62,517 bases of DNA, filler included, from Piptocephalis cylindrospora (GCA_003614145.1; 9 parts of 9 records of this genome joined end to end with filler, not necessarily neighbours in it); one strand, 5' to 3'; positions 48,927 through 62,464 are shown, numbered from the whole stretch's first letter. Notes: generated by a model not told the origin, from the sequence alone. A program made the numbers and translations.

Positions 48927-51180
48927 ATGGCCGCACAAGTCAAACAAGCCCCTTTGGATACTGCCCGTCAGACCATCCAAGTCGCTGGCTCTGCCCGTCC
49001 GGGCGAAACAGGTATACTGATCCAGTGTTATTTTATAATTTCAATTATTGTATTGACGGCTCCTAAAAAAATCCATTGACTCATCTTTCCCTCCATTTTT
49101 CGTCCCATAGCCATTTACCGACACCCCTACTCTAAGCCTGATCTATCCGTGGATGATGGTTCCGGAGTGCAGACGCTTTATGAGAACTTTCAGTATGGTA
49201 TGCTCGCAATCAACCTCTTTTCCCTACAACCCACCTTCCCAACATCCCACTTACCTTCCCCCACCCTTTCCCCTCGGATTAGGTGTCAAATCCTATCCTG
49301 ATAGTACCCTGATTGGCTATCGCCCTTTCAACATTCAAACAGGGAAACACGAAAACTACTATACGTGGCAAACGTTCCGTGAAGTCAATGAGCGCGTGAC
49401 TAACCTAGGCTCTGGGCTTCTTCAGCTCCAGTCCACCTTATCCAGCGACTCGGTCAGACGGGGAGGCTGGAACCTTGGCCTTTATTCCGGCAACCGTCCC
49501 TCCTGGTTTGTCGCCGAGCAGGCCTGTAATGCTTACTCCCTCGTCTCCGTTGCCCTGTATGATACTTTGGGTCCCAAAGCCGCCGAATACATTGTCAACC
49601 ACGCCGAGATCCCCATCATTGTCGCCGCCGGAGATAAGCTCCCCCTTCTCCTTGCCAGTGCAGAAGCCATGCCTAGCCTCAAAATTATCATTTCCATGGA
49701 CCCCTTGGATGCCCCACTCTCCTCCCTTCCCCCCGGCTACGCTGACACTCGGTCCCTTCTCAATGCCTGGTCAAAGCGCGCCGGTATTCAGATTCTGGAA
49801 TTTTCAGAAGTCGAGGCCCTAGGGCAAAAGAACCCTCACGTCCACATCCCCCCTTCCCCCAAGGACATTTGCACCTTGTGTTACACCTCTGGTACCACCG
49901 GTAACCCCAAGGGCGTTATGTCCACTCATGAAAATTACATCAGTAGTTCCATGAGTGCTGGCTTTACCTTTGATGTCAAGCCCTCCGATGTTCACATTTC
50001 CTACCTTCCCCTGGCCCATTGCATGGAGAGATGCTCTCAAGCTATGATGCTTCGCATGGGTGCCTCAATCGGTTTCCATAGCGGGGACATTGCTGATCTC
50101 ATGGAGGACATTGCCATTCTTCGTCCCACAATCTTTCCCTCGGTGCCTAGACTCTTTAACCGCATCTATGACCGTCTGACCGCTGCCACCATTCATGCCC
50201 CTGGTCTTAAGGGTGCCCTTTTCCGTAAGGCTTATGCGGCCAAGCGCGAGTCCATGCTATCCGGAGCTGGTCCAGAGCATGCTGTATATGACCGCTTACT
50301 CTTTTCCAAGGTCCGCGCGGTCCTTGGAGGTCGTGTTCGCTCCATGCTCACTGGCTCCGCCCCCATTGGCCCGGATGTCCTCGAGTTCATGCGCGTTGCC
50401 TTCTCTTGCCCTGTTTACGAAGGGTATGGCCAGACTGAAAATGCTGCTGCTTGCACTGTTACCATGGCCGAGGACTACAATACCGGCCGTGTTGGCGCTC
50501 CCTTCAGGTGCAATGAGGTCAAGCTCGTTGATGTCCCCGATATGCAGTATCACGCCACCGACAAGCCCTGTCCCCGTGGAGAGATTATGGTGCGTGGTAC
50601 CAATGTCTTTGTCGGATACTACAAGGAGCCTGAGAAGACCGCCGAGGCCCTGGGCGAGGATGGATGGCTTCGTACCGGAGATATTGGCCGCATTAACACT
50701 GATGGGTCGATTAGCATCATTGACCGAAAGAAGAATATTTTCAAGCTTGCCCAAGGAGAGTATGTCGCCCCCGAAAAGATAGAGAATGTGTACAAGCTTT
50801 CTCCCCTCGTCGAGAACATCTATGTTCATGGAGACTCTCTTGAGAGCTCCCTAGTGGGCGTGATCTCCCCTGATCCCGAGGAGTTCATCCCCTGGGTCCA
50901 TCGCTTCCTCGGCACCTCCTCCATTTCTATGGCGGACAGTCTCCAGGATTCCAGGGTGCGCCAAGCCGTCCTTAAAGAGTTGAACAAGTCTGCTCGTGCC
51001 GGCAAGCTCCGAGGATTTGAATTTATCAAGGCTGTCCATCTCGTCGCTGATGCCTTTAGCGTTGATAATGGCACCATGACTCCAACGCTCAAGATCAAGA
51101 GGAATGAATGTGCCAAGCTCTATCGCGCCAACATTGATGAAATGTACGCCGTTCTCAAGAATCCAAGCCCTAAGCTTTAA
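48927..51180 (+). CDS. Long-chain acyl-CoA synthetase (Faa2/ACSL-like) ending in PTS1-like PKL
   Basis: Two 5' introns; YTSGTTGNPKG, SYLPLAH, EGYGQTE, GWLRTGDIG, IDRKKNIFKLAQGEYVAPE, TPTLKIKR. Confidence 0.95.
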
Positions 51181-51429
51181 GTTAAGTATCAGGATGACTG
51201 GGAGCTATCCCAAAAGAATAGCACTGGAGTGCTTTTTTACATACAAAATATATACTTTGATCCAGATGAATGGTGTGTATTTGCATCTCTGATCCAAATC
51301 CCATATAGAGGATATAACACAGCAAGTATCAATGCCCATGTTCTTTAAATTCAAGGAACAATGCGTTCCCATGGATATGACATCGAGACAATGGCACAGC
51401 AACATCAAACCCTCTTCCTACATCCCTCC

Positions 51430-53727
51430 TCATAGCTTGCTCATCGCTCCTTCAGCCGATGAAATTCCCTTAAGCTGGGCATACATAGCATCAAGGGAAC
51501 CTCGGTACTTTTGCACACACTCAGACCTCTTCAGTTTGAACCTAGATAGGAGGAGGGGTGATGGGTTAGTGCTTGTAAAAGCATAGCATCAAGAGGGTTG
51601 CTCCACTTCGACCCCATAGGATACGTACGTAGGAGTGAGAAGGCCGTTATCCATGGTAAACTCCTCAACGTCCAGGCGAAGGGCCTTAACCTTCTCATAT
51701 CTAAGAAAGGAACGAGAAAGAGAGAGAAGTGAAATGAGTGGGAAGATGCATCCGCATCGCACACGCCCAAATGGACTCACCCGTTCAAGGACCCAGCATT
51801 GGCATACACATTCATGGCTTCAATTACCCCACGTTCAACGGCCTCGTCCTCACAAAGATCCTCGAGGGAAGCAGAAGGTTTACCGACGAGATCCCGGGCC
51901 CAGGGGAGGAACACCTCTGTATCAGGGATGACGACGGCGACCAGGGCATTTTCTAGGGAATCACCATGCACGAAGATTTGGGCGATGAGAGGGCAGCCCG
52001 AGTAGACGTTTTCAATATTCTCCGGAGCCACATATTCACCCTGAGCCAATTTGAAGATGTTCTTCTTCCGATCAATAATCTTCAGGGTCCCCTGGGTCTC
52101 AATGGTTCCCACATCCCCAGTATGAAGCCATCCTTCATCATCCAGGGCCTCATTTGTCTTCTCCTGATCCTTGAGATAACCGGAAAAAACGGTTTGACCA
52201 CGGATGCACACTTCACCCCGAGGGCTAGGAGAGTCAGTGGAGAGATAAGAGAGCTCTGGGAGGTCTACGAGCTTGATTTCAGAAGCCAAGTTGATGGCTC
52301 CCACATGCCCAGATCTACTTTCTCCCTTGACAGTGAATGAGGCACTGCCGGCATTTTCAGTCTGACCATATCCCTCATGCAAAGGGGCACAGAACGCGAT
52401 TTGGAGAAAGTCAACGACCTGAGTGGAGAGAGGGGCAGAGCCGGAGATGAAGATTCGAACTCGACCCCCCATTACCTGGCGGACCTTGTTAAAGAGCACT
52501 CGATCCCAAAGGGCATGATGTACGCCCTGACCGGCGCGAAGATTTGCCAATTTGACCTCCACCGCCTTCCTCGCCACCATTCCGAGGAGCCCTCCGGCCT
52601 GGACAGTGGAGGAGACCAAACGATCGTAGATACGGTTGTACAGTCTGGGGACAGAGATAAAAAGGGTGGGTTTCAGTGCGGCTACATCCTCCAGGAGGAG
52701 AAGCGGGTCCCCACGGGAGAAGCCCACGGACGCTCCTTTCCTGATCACCGAGGTAAACATCAAGCGTTCCATGCAGTGGGCCAGGGGAAGGTAGGAGATG
52801 TGCACATCCTCCTTTTCCATGGGTATGACCATGATGGTGTTGGCAATGGATCCATAGGCAAAGTTTCGATGTAACACAATCGCACCTTTGGGTGTTCCTA
52901 GGGTACCGGAAGTGTAGCAGATAGTGCATACATCATTGAGGCCAGGGGGCCGATGAGGCCGGAGATGCTGGCGCCCGAGTTCCTCTACGTGATTGAAATC
53001 CACCAGGAGGATGCCACGATCCCTGGCCCAGGCATGAAGAACTTTGGCAGTCCCAGGGTAGGCGCCCACACTCTCCACCAAAGGATCCATGGAAATGATG
53101 ATGCGCATCTTTGGGACGGAGGATGAAAGTTCTAATAGCTTAGAGACATTGGCCAGGGAGGCGACGAGTACCGAGATCTCGCTATGGTTGAGGGTGTACT
53201 CGGCGGTATCAGGACCCAATGTATCATAGAGAGAGACATTGACGAGGGAGTAGGCATTGCAAGCCTGATCAGCGATGGCCCACTCGGGCCGATTCATTGA
53301 GTAGAATCCCAGCCTCCATCCCGGATCCCCGGTCCCATCTACATGGGTCTCGTACAGATGAAGTAGACCAGAGCCAAAGTGGGTACGACGCTCGCCGATT
53401 TCCCGGTAAGTCTGCCATACATAGGGCATAGCCTTGGTTGGGTCCTTGGGGTGGATAGGACGATGACCAAAGCATCTTCCATTCGGATTGACCTTTAATC
53501 CTAAGGAGAGAAAGGAAGGGTGAGCAGGGGCGGAAGAAGAGGAAGGACACAGTGTTTGGACACACACCATGTTCAAAGTTCTCATACAGCGTCTGAACGC
53601 CTGTACCGTCATCAGGGGCCATGGTGTCTTTTGTTAAAGGGTGTCGATAGATACCCGTTTGGCCAGGGCGACGAGTACCAGGTAGCTCGACCATCTGTTG
53701 ATTTAGGTCAGTTTCGATATGCTTCAT
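51430..53727 (-). CDS. Long-chain acyl-CoA synthetase (Faa2/ACSL-like) ending in PTS1 SKL
   Basis: YTSGTLGTPKG, EGYGQTE, GWLHTGDVG, IDRKKNIFKLAQGEY; one 5' and two 3' introns; last exon FKLKRSE...GAMSKL*. Confidence 0.95.
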
Positions 53728-54380
53728 GCTTACAATTGATCCAGGGGGACGGCTATTAAGAGAAAGGAGAGAAAGACGAGGGAAGAGTGAAAGGAGAAGG
53801 AAGAGAGGAAGAAGAGGGAAAGGAAGAAAGGGAGAAGGGAGGAGGTAGGAGAGAAGGACGATAAGCTTGGAAAAATGCGTGGCAGGCGGTGTGGGAAAGT
53901 GCGGAGGTTAAACATGCCGAGCCCGCTGGCGGAGCGCCGATGTTAGGCGAGGATCATATTGTGACGTACTCAGTTGCAAGGAGGATACGATTGGGGAAGA
54001 GTCTCAAAGACATCTTGACTGGCACGTGCGTTATGAACATGCAAAGTGTTGCTTGCGGAGCAGTGTAAAAATCGTGGTCATGGAATGCTAAAAACTGTAA
54101 ATATAACAAACATGCCTTGGATACTGAGTCAAATAACCAGGGCTCTCAGCTCAAGCGGGCACCCCATCCAAGGTACAAGAAGCAGTCAATAAACTAATAA
54201 CAAAAGGGTTAATAAAAAAGGTTATGAACTGGAGAGCATGAAAAGGGCAATTGATTACTTGATAACCAAAGGAAACGTTTCAGGAACTCAGGATAACTTT
54301 TGGATTCACAAAAAGTGCCATGGTGGTCAGAGCCTTTCCAGTATGACTACAGAGTATGGCTCGATGAGCCATGGACTAAA

Positions 54381-55235
54381 CTATCCAAAGATGGCTACGG
54401 GAGGTGCAGCTGTAGAATAGTCATTGTAGCCGTCCAAATCCTCATCTTCTACCTCCTCTTCATGAGCATAATCATCCTCTTCGTCATAGTCTTCATAGTC
54501 TTCATCCTCACCGTACTCTTCATCATCGCTACCTAGACCAGCCCAATGATCCACATCATCCATATCCTCCATATCCTCCATGTTCATGTCCTCTTCCTCT
54601 TCTTCTTTTTCGAATATGGACCCTTCCCTAAGTGACGCCCTCCTCGTCTCCTCCTTCTCTAATCCAACTACTCCACGAAGAGGGCTGGGTGGGAGGGAGG
54701 AGAGTCGATGAGGAGGCTCGGGGGTCAAATATTCTTGAGGGATAGAGGAGGTCCTGGGAGGAGGAATGAATAGCTCCCGGGAAAGGGCAGAGAACCCGCT
54801 CATTCCAAAGGGGAGACCTTGAGGCTGGCTAAGGGTATGCCGACGCCGGGCCTCCTCAGTTTCTTCTCGGGCGACCTCGAGTTCCACTACCGTCTTCTTC
54901 AGGTGACCCTCTGCCACTTGAACCTTTCGTGCCAGAGCATGCTTGTCCCTCTCGGTCATCTCCAGCTTCCATTGCAGCTCCCGTAGCCTCTCCTCCTGTT
55001 CCGACATCACGGGAGCAAGTTGACACAAGGACTCTTGCAGACAGGCCGCCTCCTTAGACAGCTCCTCCCTCAAGGTGTCAGCAGCCATCCTGGACTCTTC
55101 CAGAGCCGACTGCAGATGATGGTATCGTCGAACCAATGTCTGAGGCGGCAGGGGCGAGGAGGATATGGCCTTGCCCACACGGAATCCTGCATTTAGTCGG
55201 GGGTAAGAGGCTGAAGGTCGGAGGGTCGGACGCAT
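54381..55235 (-). CDS. Hypothetical coiled-coil protein with acidic C-terminus
   Basis: 284-aa ORF with heptad-like E/L/K/R segment, Pro/Ser linker and D/E/Y tail. Confidence 0.6.
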   Translation of the reverse strand: MRPTLRPSASYPRLNAGFRVGKAISSSPLPPQTLVRRYHHLQSALEESRMAADTLREELSKEAACLQESLCQLAPVMSEQEERLRELQWKLEMTERDKHALARKVQVAEGHLKKTVVELEVAREETEEARRRHTLSQPQGLPFGMSGFSALSRELFIPPPRTSSIPQEYLTPEPPHRLSSLPPSPLRGVVGLEKEETRRASLREGSIFEKEEEEEDMNMEDMEDMDDVDHWAGLGSDDEEYGEDEDYEDYDEEDDYAHEEEVEDEDLDGYNDYSTAAPPVAIFG

Positions 55236-55631
55236 CGAAAGAACTGACTAGAGCTAGATCAAGGAAATTTTCTAAGAGGGTAGTGGAGGGCAAGGAGAAG
55301 GTCTATAGAGAGAAGTCAGAGGAGAGGAATGAATGAGTTGAAGGGGGGGAGTCAAAGCTCAGGACACATTTGCATACCGAATAGACTCAGTAATCTTAAA
55401 TACATGATCACCCCCCTCCCCCCTTTTACACTCTATATCGTGAAGGAGTAGATAAACGAAGGGGGAGAGAATAGTCCAATCATCATGCCAATGATATATC
55501 CTGGCAAGTGAAGGGGTCTCCAACCCATGGGTAAAAAGGAAATGTCACTCAGCCTATTCCGCCGGACAGACATCCGTCCCTCGGGATAGCCTTAAAGTCC
55601 AGGGCGAAAAAAGGGGGCGAGGGAGGGGGGG

Positions 55632-55731
55632 NNNNNNNNNNNNNNNNNNNNNNNNNNNNNNNNNNNNNNNNNNNNTTAATTAATTAANNNNNNNNNNNNN
55701 NNNNNNNNNNNNNNNNNNNNNNNNNNNNNNN
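55632..55731. other. Artificial contig linker
   Basis: N44-TTAATTAATTAA-N44. Confidence 0.99.
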
Positions 55732-56418
55732 CTGGTTGTCTTCCTTGTTGGAAATAAGGTAATCTGATTCCGTAGCTGGTGCAGAGCATGTGGAACTAAA
55801 TAGCAACTAACCCCCTTTTCTTTCTTCCGCCCTATCTAGCTTGATATGAGTCATGAGCGTGAGGTGCCACGAGAAGAAGCTGAAGAGTTTGCTAGGAAAA
55901 ATGGTCGGTTGTTTTTGCTCTTTAGTCGAGGGAAAGTGAGGTGAATTATTACTCATTCATCTCATATTCTTTAGGCATCATGTTCACCGAAGTAAGCGCT
56001 AAAACGTAAGTGGTCCTCTTTTATAGGAGCTTTAAGCGGACTGGATGGGTGGATGGCCAGTCTGATTGGGGTTCCCTATCCTTCTAATTTTGTGTGTATA
56101 TACCTATGATCTATAGTTCGGATCAGGTGGACCAATGCTTCCTAGGTAAGTGGACTTTGAGGTCATGTGAGGATGATCCCTTTCATTCACAAACTCTCCT
56201 TCCCATCCATCGAACATATAGACACGACGGCAAGGATACATCAGCTTGTGGCTTCTGGAACGTGAGTCTCTTGGCATTCGATCCATTCTTTTTCATTCCT
56301 TAGCTTACATCATTTTTAAACTCATAGAATTCCGGTGGACGATGTGGATTCTGGGGTGAATCAACGGACGGTGGCCTCCTTGGCCAGGGAGGATGCACGT
56401 CGTCAGTGCAGTTGCTAA
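55732..56418 (+). CDS. Rab-family small GTPase, 3' part (5'-truncated), multi-exon
   Basis: LVVFLVGNK|LD..REVPREEAEEFA, MFTEVSAKT, C-terminal CSC* (CxC geranylgeranylation). Confidence 0.88.
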
Positions 56419-56676
56419 GGAGTTTTTTTTAACTCTGCGCGCGTGTGTGTTGTGTGTGCATGAATTCATCTTTACTTAGCACATACAAATGAGAGAAAGC
56501 AAGAAGGACTTGTGCGCGCTCATCAAGCGTCCATACCCCACTCTACTTTCTTTGATAGACATTTTGCCTTGGAGATGGTCTTTCTCATTTCATCATCAAT
56601 ATACGTCCAAAGTGTGGTTTATTCCTCTTTTTTCCCCAAGAAACCCAGACTCTAAACAACAACGACACCATATATC

Positions 56677-58266
56677 CTAAGCCTTAGGAGGAAAAACGTT
56701 TTCCATGGGACGGGAATGATCCATGAATTGATCCAGGACCTCATCGGTGATAGCGTTCTTGCGCTATAAAGTGAGATGAAATGCGGTCAGTATCATTGTC
56801 GATCTCATGCAACAAGCCAGGTAGCACTTACTTCTTGAAAGTCAGCAACAAACTTTTGGAGCAGCTCGATGCACTTGGCCTTGAGTTCACCCGTGTACAT
56901 CCTTCCAGCCTTGTATTCCTGTGTGGTGGTAGAAACAGAGGTATTGAGTAAGCAAATGACATAGGTCCTTGGACAATATTTCTCAAAAATTGAGAAGACT
57001 TACATCGTGAATCCGCTTCAATTCATCATCATCCTCAAGGAAGAAAGAAAGGTACTGGTACGAGACATCGACATCGGGGTTCCCACCATGCTCTTCGTGA
57101 TCCTCCTTAGTGGTACCACCGCCGGAAAAGGCATACTTATTAATCTTGGTTTTAATCTGCTTAGGAGTATCGCTCATGAAGATAGCGGAGGTGTCGATGG
57201 AGGCGCTCATCTTGGTGGAGGAACCCTGGAGAGCGGGGAAAAACTTGGCATGGATCAGGGCAGGCTTGGGGTATTTGAGACGGTAAGCGACATCACGGGT
57301 CAAGCGGAAGTAGGGATCCTGATCGATAGCACAAGGGATGAGGCAAGGGATGTCGGATTTGGTGCCAAATATGTGGGGGAAGGAGTTGGAGAAGGAGGGA
57401 GCGGCCTGGATCGAGACAAAGTGGAGTTTACCCACGTTATCGCTGTCGTTGAAGCCAAAGGTGGCACGGGAGGCGTTGGTGGTGATGCATCGGGAGATGC
57501 GGACGACGTTGTGATAGAAGGCGCCACCGACATAGTCGAGGTTGGAGAAGATGAAGGTCTTGGCTGGGTTAAAGCCGCAAGCAATGATATCCCGGGCATT
57601 TTGACGGGCAAAGTCGCGACACTGCTCGAGCTTGAGGTTGGCCTTGAAGAGGAATTTTTCATCATCAGTCAGTTGGATGACCAAAGGCGCGTCCAAGACA
57701 TCCTGAAGCCACTTGCAAAAGACAAAGGGGATCATGTGACCCAGATGCATACTGCTGCTACTAGGGCCGCGACCCGTGTACAGGAAAAATGGCTTCTTTT
57801 GCTCATAACGGTCTAGGATACGGGTGAGTTCACTGACAAGACGAGGCGGGTGGGAAAATATTAGTAGGGGGTTAGGGGGTTATGGCATTACTCCACTTTG
57901 TCAAATGAGCCTCTTCTTACCGATGCGAGAAAAAGACACCACGACGAAGGAAGATGTGCGGGGTTTTGCCGGTCAAGGCCTCAAAACGGTCCAGAAGGGC
58001 TTGATCAATTTTGCGGGTGCCAAACTGCTCAATCAGCTTGTCGTAATCGATGGTCTGAGCCTCTCCATCCACAACAGCCCCCTCTACCTATTGGGAAGGG
58101 AAGGATGAGTACAGAGAAGACGCGGTACGTTGTCGTGATTTCCAAAAAAAAAATAGCCTACCTCCCAGGGAGTCACGACTTGCTCGCCGGCCTTGGGGGT
58201 GGTCTTGACCTCCTCGACGGTCACTTGGCTAGGGGTAGCGGGAGGATTGGTTTCTTGAGCGGACAT
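56677..58266 (-). CDS. WRS1: Cytoplasmic tryptophanyl-tRNA synthetase, multi-exon
   Basis: [57 protein letters not shown]. Confidence 0.97.
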
Positions 58267-58721
58267 GGTATATTTTGAGACGATGGAACGATATCCTAGG
58301 GAGGAGGAGAAAGAAAGGGTGAGCTGTGTATACTATGTGAATTGATCGTAGTAAGGGTTGGTTTTCAAGGGAGAAAATGTCGAGGACTTGCCGCTTACAG
58401 AGAGGAAGTGTGAATGTGTGAGTAGATAAGTGGAAGTGTGGTTTGGACAACCATCTCATCAAGATCGATCTGATAAACGATATATATAGTATACATCTAG
58501 GCGATGGTTAATTGATCTGGATGTGTCAAAATGATTAATACTAATGGGCAAGAATGCTTATGCCATCGAGGATCATTCATCCTTGCTGCTTCATCCATCG
58601 TACCGAGCTATCCCTTCATTCTTGCCCTTATTCCTCACACAGACCCCCCTCACGCGCACTCTTCTCTCATTCATCTCCCATACCTCCCATCCCCTATAGC
58701 TGATTGCAAGCACCCGGCGGT

Positions 58722-59830
58722 CTAAAAGGCCGTGGAGTTGACCATAGTAGCCAAATTTTGGCTGATGTTGGCCTGCATGACTTCATTGACCCGATCCTCC
58801 AAATGCCTCTTGGGATCCTGCTTACCCACATGCCTATTAGCTAGCTCCTCCGGGGTCATCCTGGTCTCCTCTTGGACACTCTTGTTGTATGCCTCTGACA
58901 AGGTTTTCATGCTCTAAAAAAAAGGGAGTAGTATGGTGGGAAGGATGGGAGGGGAATGAGAAGAGTCATTTCCTACCGTGTCATATCCCCATCAAATCAG
59001 GAAAATTTACCTCAACCAAAGTCTCATTTTGCTTCTCGTGTTCAGCATAGGGCGTGACTTTCATACCGTCTTGCCAACTGGCCCTGTAAAGGTTACCAAG
59101 CATCCGTTGCTCTAAATCATTTTTCCGGTAGTCAATGGCAATGGAATAGTAATGGCGATTGAGGCCATGAATCAGGGCTTGGATGCTAGGTTTGTGAAGA
59201 TGACCGATGTTCGAGGTGGTCTGACGGGGCTCCTGGCCCATCATGATGGTCTGGGGCGAGATGAGACGGAAGGCGTCGATGACTACCTTGCCCTTGACGC
59301 TCTGGATGGGGTCGATGACGACGGCGACGGCACGAGCGGTCAGCTGTTCAAAGCTCTGGGCTGTGTTCATGTCGGTGCTGGAGAGCCAGCATCCAAAGCC
59401 AGGGTGACTATGGTACCAGCCAACGACCATCTCGGGTCTTCCAGTCTGCCGTAGCATCTCCATCATTGTGGACTGGAAGACGGGATCCACAGCCTCGACG
59501 GACACTCCCGTGCCAGACTGGGGCATGGCAAAGACATCAGTGACGCGCACCGTGTAATCATCCACAAACTCCCCGAGCATCAGACCCATCACCTCCATGG
59601 GGACACCTGCCCTGGCATGCTTTAGCATCTGGAAGGAGGGGAGGGATGAGTGGGAATGGTGTATACGGAGTATTTACTCAAGGATCATTCCTGTCTTCAA
59701 CCCCTACCTTTAGAAGAGCCAGAGAGGAGATTTGAACAACCTCAGACGTATCTGCCGTGGGCCCTGTCTCAAACATGGCTCCGGGACCACCGGCACCCAG
59801 GCCTCCAAAGAGTTGCTGCAGACGATTCAT
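58722..59830 (-). CDS. RPN11: 26S proteasome lid deubiquitinase Rpn11, three exons
   Basis: [29 protein letters not shown] motif [40 protein letters not shown]. Confidence 0.98.
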
Positions 59831-60540
59831 GCTGAATGGGGAATATCAAGATGGGCCTTGGAGAAAGATCAAGGATGAGAAGAGGAGCTTGAATGAGGGG
59901 AAGAGAGATAGGAAGGAAGGATTTAGAGGACGGGGGCAGCGGCGGTTGTGGACAATGGCAGGAAGGTGGGATGAGGAAAGGAAGGGATCTAATGTCCTGG
60001 AAAGACCCTACATCACGACAGATCCAGATGACTTTCTCCCATACTCCCGCTTCTCAAGGGGAGGGAGAGGGGCTGATGGGAGCCACCGCTGCAGACCAGG
60101 AGAGGGATAGTAGTAGTGCCAGCTCCTCTCCACCAACATCTCCGCCTGGTCAGCAACTTGAGGACGCACGCCACAATACATGGACAAGGATGACGCGGAG
60201 CCTGACCTTGGTTGGGCTTACTCCCTTGATGGATAGCTGGTGGGCTGCTACCACTCCAACTTTTAGACGTTACCTTGTGAATACTATGGCGAATTATGAC
60301 GTTAATTTGGATTTATTTTCACTGAACACAACGTATTGTTCTGTGTGATGGGGGTTGCCATGGGGAAATATAGGGGCCCCGCACTTTATGGTACAGTCTG
60401 GACATGTATAGTTCATGCGCTGCAGCACAGGAAGGTATGAATGTCCCATCCTAGAGACAACACAGCCTTTCAGACTAGTCTACTCTCCTCTTTTCCCTTC
60501 CAGATTCATCTCTTCCCCACTACACCTACTGCAAGATCTT

Positions 60541-61617
60541 ATGTCTCGTCCAGCCTCACACACGGATGAGGGCGTCGAGGATAGACGAGGAAGGAGGAGG
60601 GCGCCTTCCTACTCCCGGTCTCCAAGTCCTCAAAGTCCACGCCGTTCAGTCTACTCGACATCTCCTCGGCCTTATGAAAAGTCTCCTAGTCGGGCAATTT
60701 CCTCCTCCTCTTCCTCCTCCCGAAAATACTCCAGAAAGGAGGACCGTTCCCGCTCGCCCTCGCATAGGCGATCTCACCGCCCTCATCGACATGACCGCTC
60801 TTATCGGGACGACGAGAGGAACGAGCGATCTTACCGCTCTAGGGAAAAAGATGATCATCGGTCTAGTCGAGGGGACCGATATAGGGATAGTAGTCGCCGT
60901 CACCATCGATCTAGTCGAAGAGATCGATCCAAAGAGAGAGACCATCACCATCGGAGAAGAAGGGACCATGGAGGATTGAGGGATGGTGATGAAGATGATG
61001 AAGAGAGAAGACGACGACGCCGGAGACGGGAGAGAAGGGAAGAGGAGGAAGAGGAGGAGGAAAGGAGACAAAGAAGAAAGAGACGGGAAAAAAAAGCCAA
61101 GAGACGCGAGGAAAAGGAAGGATCTAGAGGACATCCTAGCAAATATGGGCAATGGGGAGCCTATGGGATCCTTCATGATGCTGACATCTACAACAAAGAG
61201 CAAGAATTCCACGCTTGGCTCCTGGATGTTAAGGGCATCTCTCCGGAGACCACTAACAACCAGGCCATGAAGCAGCACTTTCGTGCTTTCATGGAGGACT
61301 ACAACACCGCCACCCTTCCGCATGAAAAGTACTATAACCTTGAGGCTTGGGAAGAGCGTGAGCGGCTCAGGCCATCAGCTGATCGCTCCGGGGATCCCGA
61401 GACTGCCGGGTCCATGAATCTCTTCCAGGAGCAACGTCAGGCGTCCATGCAGGCTGCGGCCCATGAAAGTCTAGCTAATCCCACGGCTGTGGCCATGATG
61501 AGCCGTACAGAGGTGGAAGATCTACGACGAGTTCAGCATGAGCGTATGGCTGCCACCAATCTTCAGCGCATGGGCTACAATCCTAAGCCTAGTCTTGGGG
61601 TAAGGTATGAGCAGTAA
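60541..61617 (+). CDS. Uncharacterised RS/RE-rich protein with conserved-looking C-terminal domain
   Basis: RS/RD/RE low-complexity N-half; WGAYGIL..DIYNKEQEFHAWL..FMEDYNTATLPHEKYY. Confidence 0.75.
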   Translation: MSRPASHTDEGVEDRRGRRRAPSYSRSPSPQSPRRSVYSTSPRPYEKSPSRAISSSSSSSRKYSRKEDRSRSPSHRRSHRPHRHDRSYRDDERNERSYRSREKDDHRSSRGDRYRDSSRRHHRSSRRDRSKERDHHHRRRRDHGGLRDGDEDDEERRRRRRRRERREEEEEEEERRQRRKRREKKAKRREEKEGSRGHPSKYGQWGAYGILHDADIYNKEQEFHAWLLDVKGISPETTNNQAMKQHFRAFMEDYNTATLPHEKYYNLEAWEERERLRPSADRSGDPETAGSMNLFQEQRQASMQAAAHESLANPTAVAMMSRTEVEDLRRVQHERMAATNLQRMGYNPKPSLGVRYEQ

Positions 61618-62464
61618 GGAGGCCATGCAAAGTTTTCTTTCCTTTCCTTTCCTTTGTTTTTTCTTGTCCTTTCCTTTGATGACCTCGCGTTCTTCACGGG
61701 CCCTTGGGTACTGACTTCATAATGTGATGGTATGGATGATCGAAAGCCTGTGGGTGATTAGATCGCGCCTTATCCCCCTGAGCCTTGTGGAAATTGGTTA
61801 GAGTACCTAGTCATCAATCTATTTGGCCAATTTCGAGCTAAAAATCGAGGATGTTTTTAGTGATCTGCTGGTCATTGTGAGGCGATGTCAGTATATCAAT
61901 CTCTCCTATTCATAGTTCTGGACATCCTGTTCAGAGGCAATAGTGGTAGAGGTGTGGTATTGAGAGCGTGAATGTGATGCCCCTCTGCTCTGCCCATCCT
62001 TCCTCCCCCCACAGCCCACAAGGAATGACACACAAGCGTGTAGGCGTGTGTGCCTTTTTTTTTCTTTTTTTCCCCCAGCCTCACTGTCGCCGACTCTGGC
62101 CTTGTCGCCTCACCCAGCTTCACCAGACCCAGCAGGGAGTGTGGGGCCATGTCAATACACGCGGCGGTGTCCTCAAGGCCTCCTCCTCCTCCTCGGTCCC
62201 CTCTTCTTGAGTAAGATGGCAAAGGTGCACCAGTCAGTAAGAGCCTTTGGGGCGCCTGACCTCTGATCCTAATCAGCCCGCGTATATATAGAGAGAGGAT
62301 GAGGCTCATCCTCCCCACTTCCCTCACCCCCGCCCCCCGTCCTCCTCCCTCCATTTCCTCCCCTTACTCGGATCTTTGTCCCTTCCCCTCCGTTCTCTCC
62401 CTCTTGTTTGGTGTGGACAAGCCCAAATCTTAGTCCTCTCCCCCCCCCTTTCTCTCTCTCCCAT

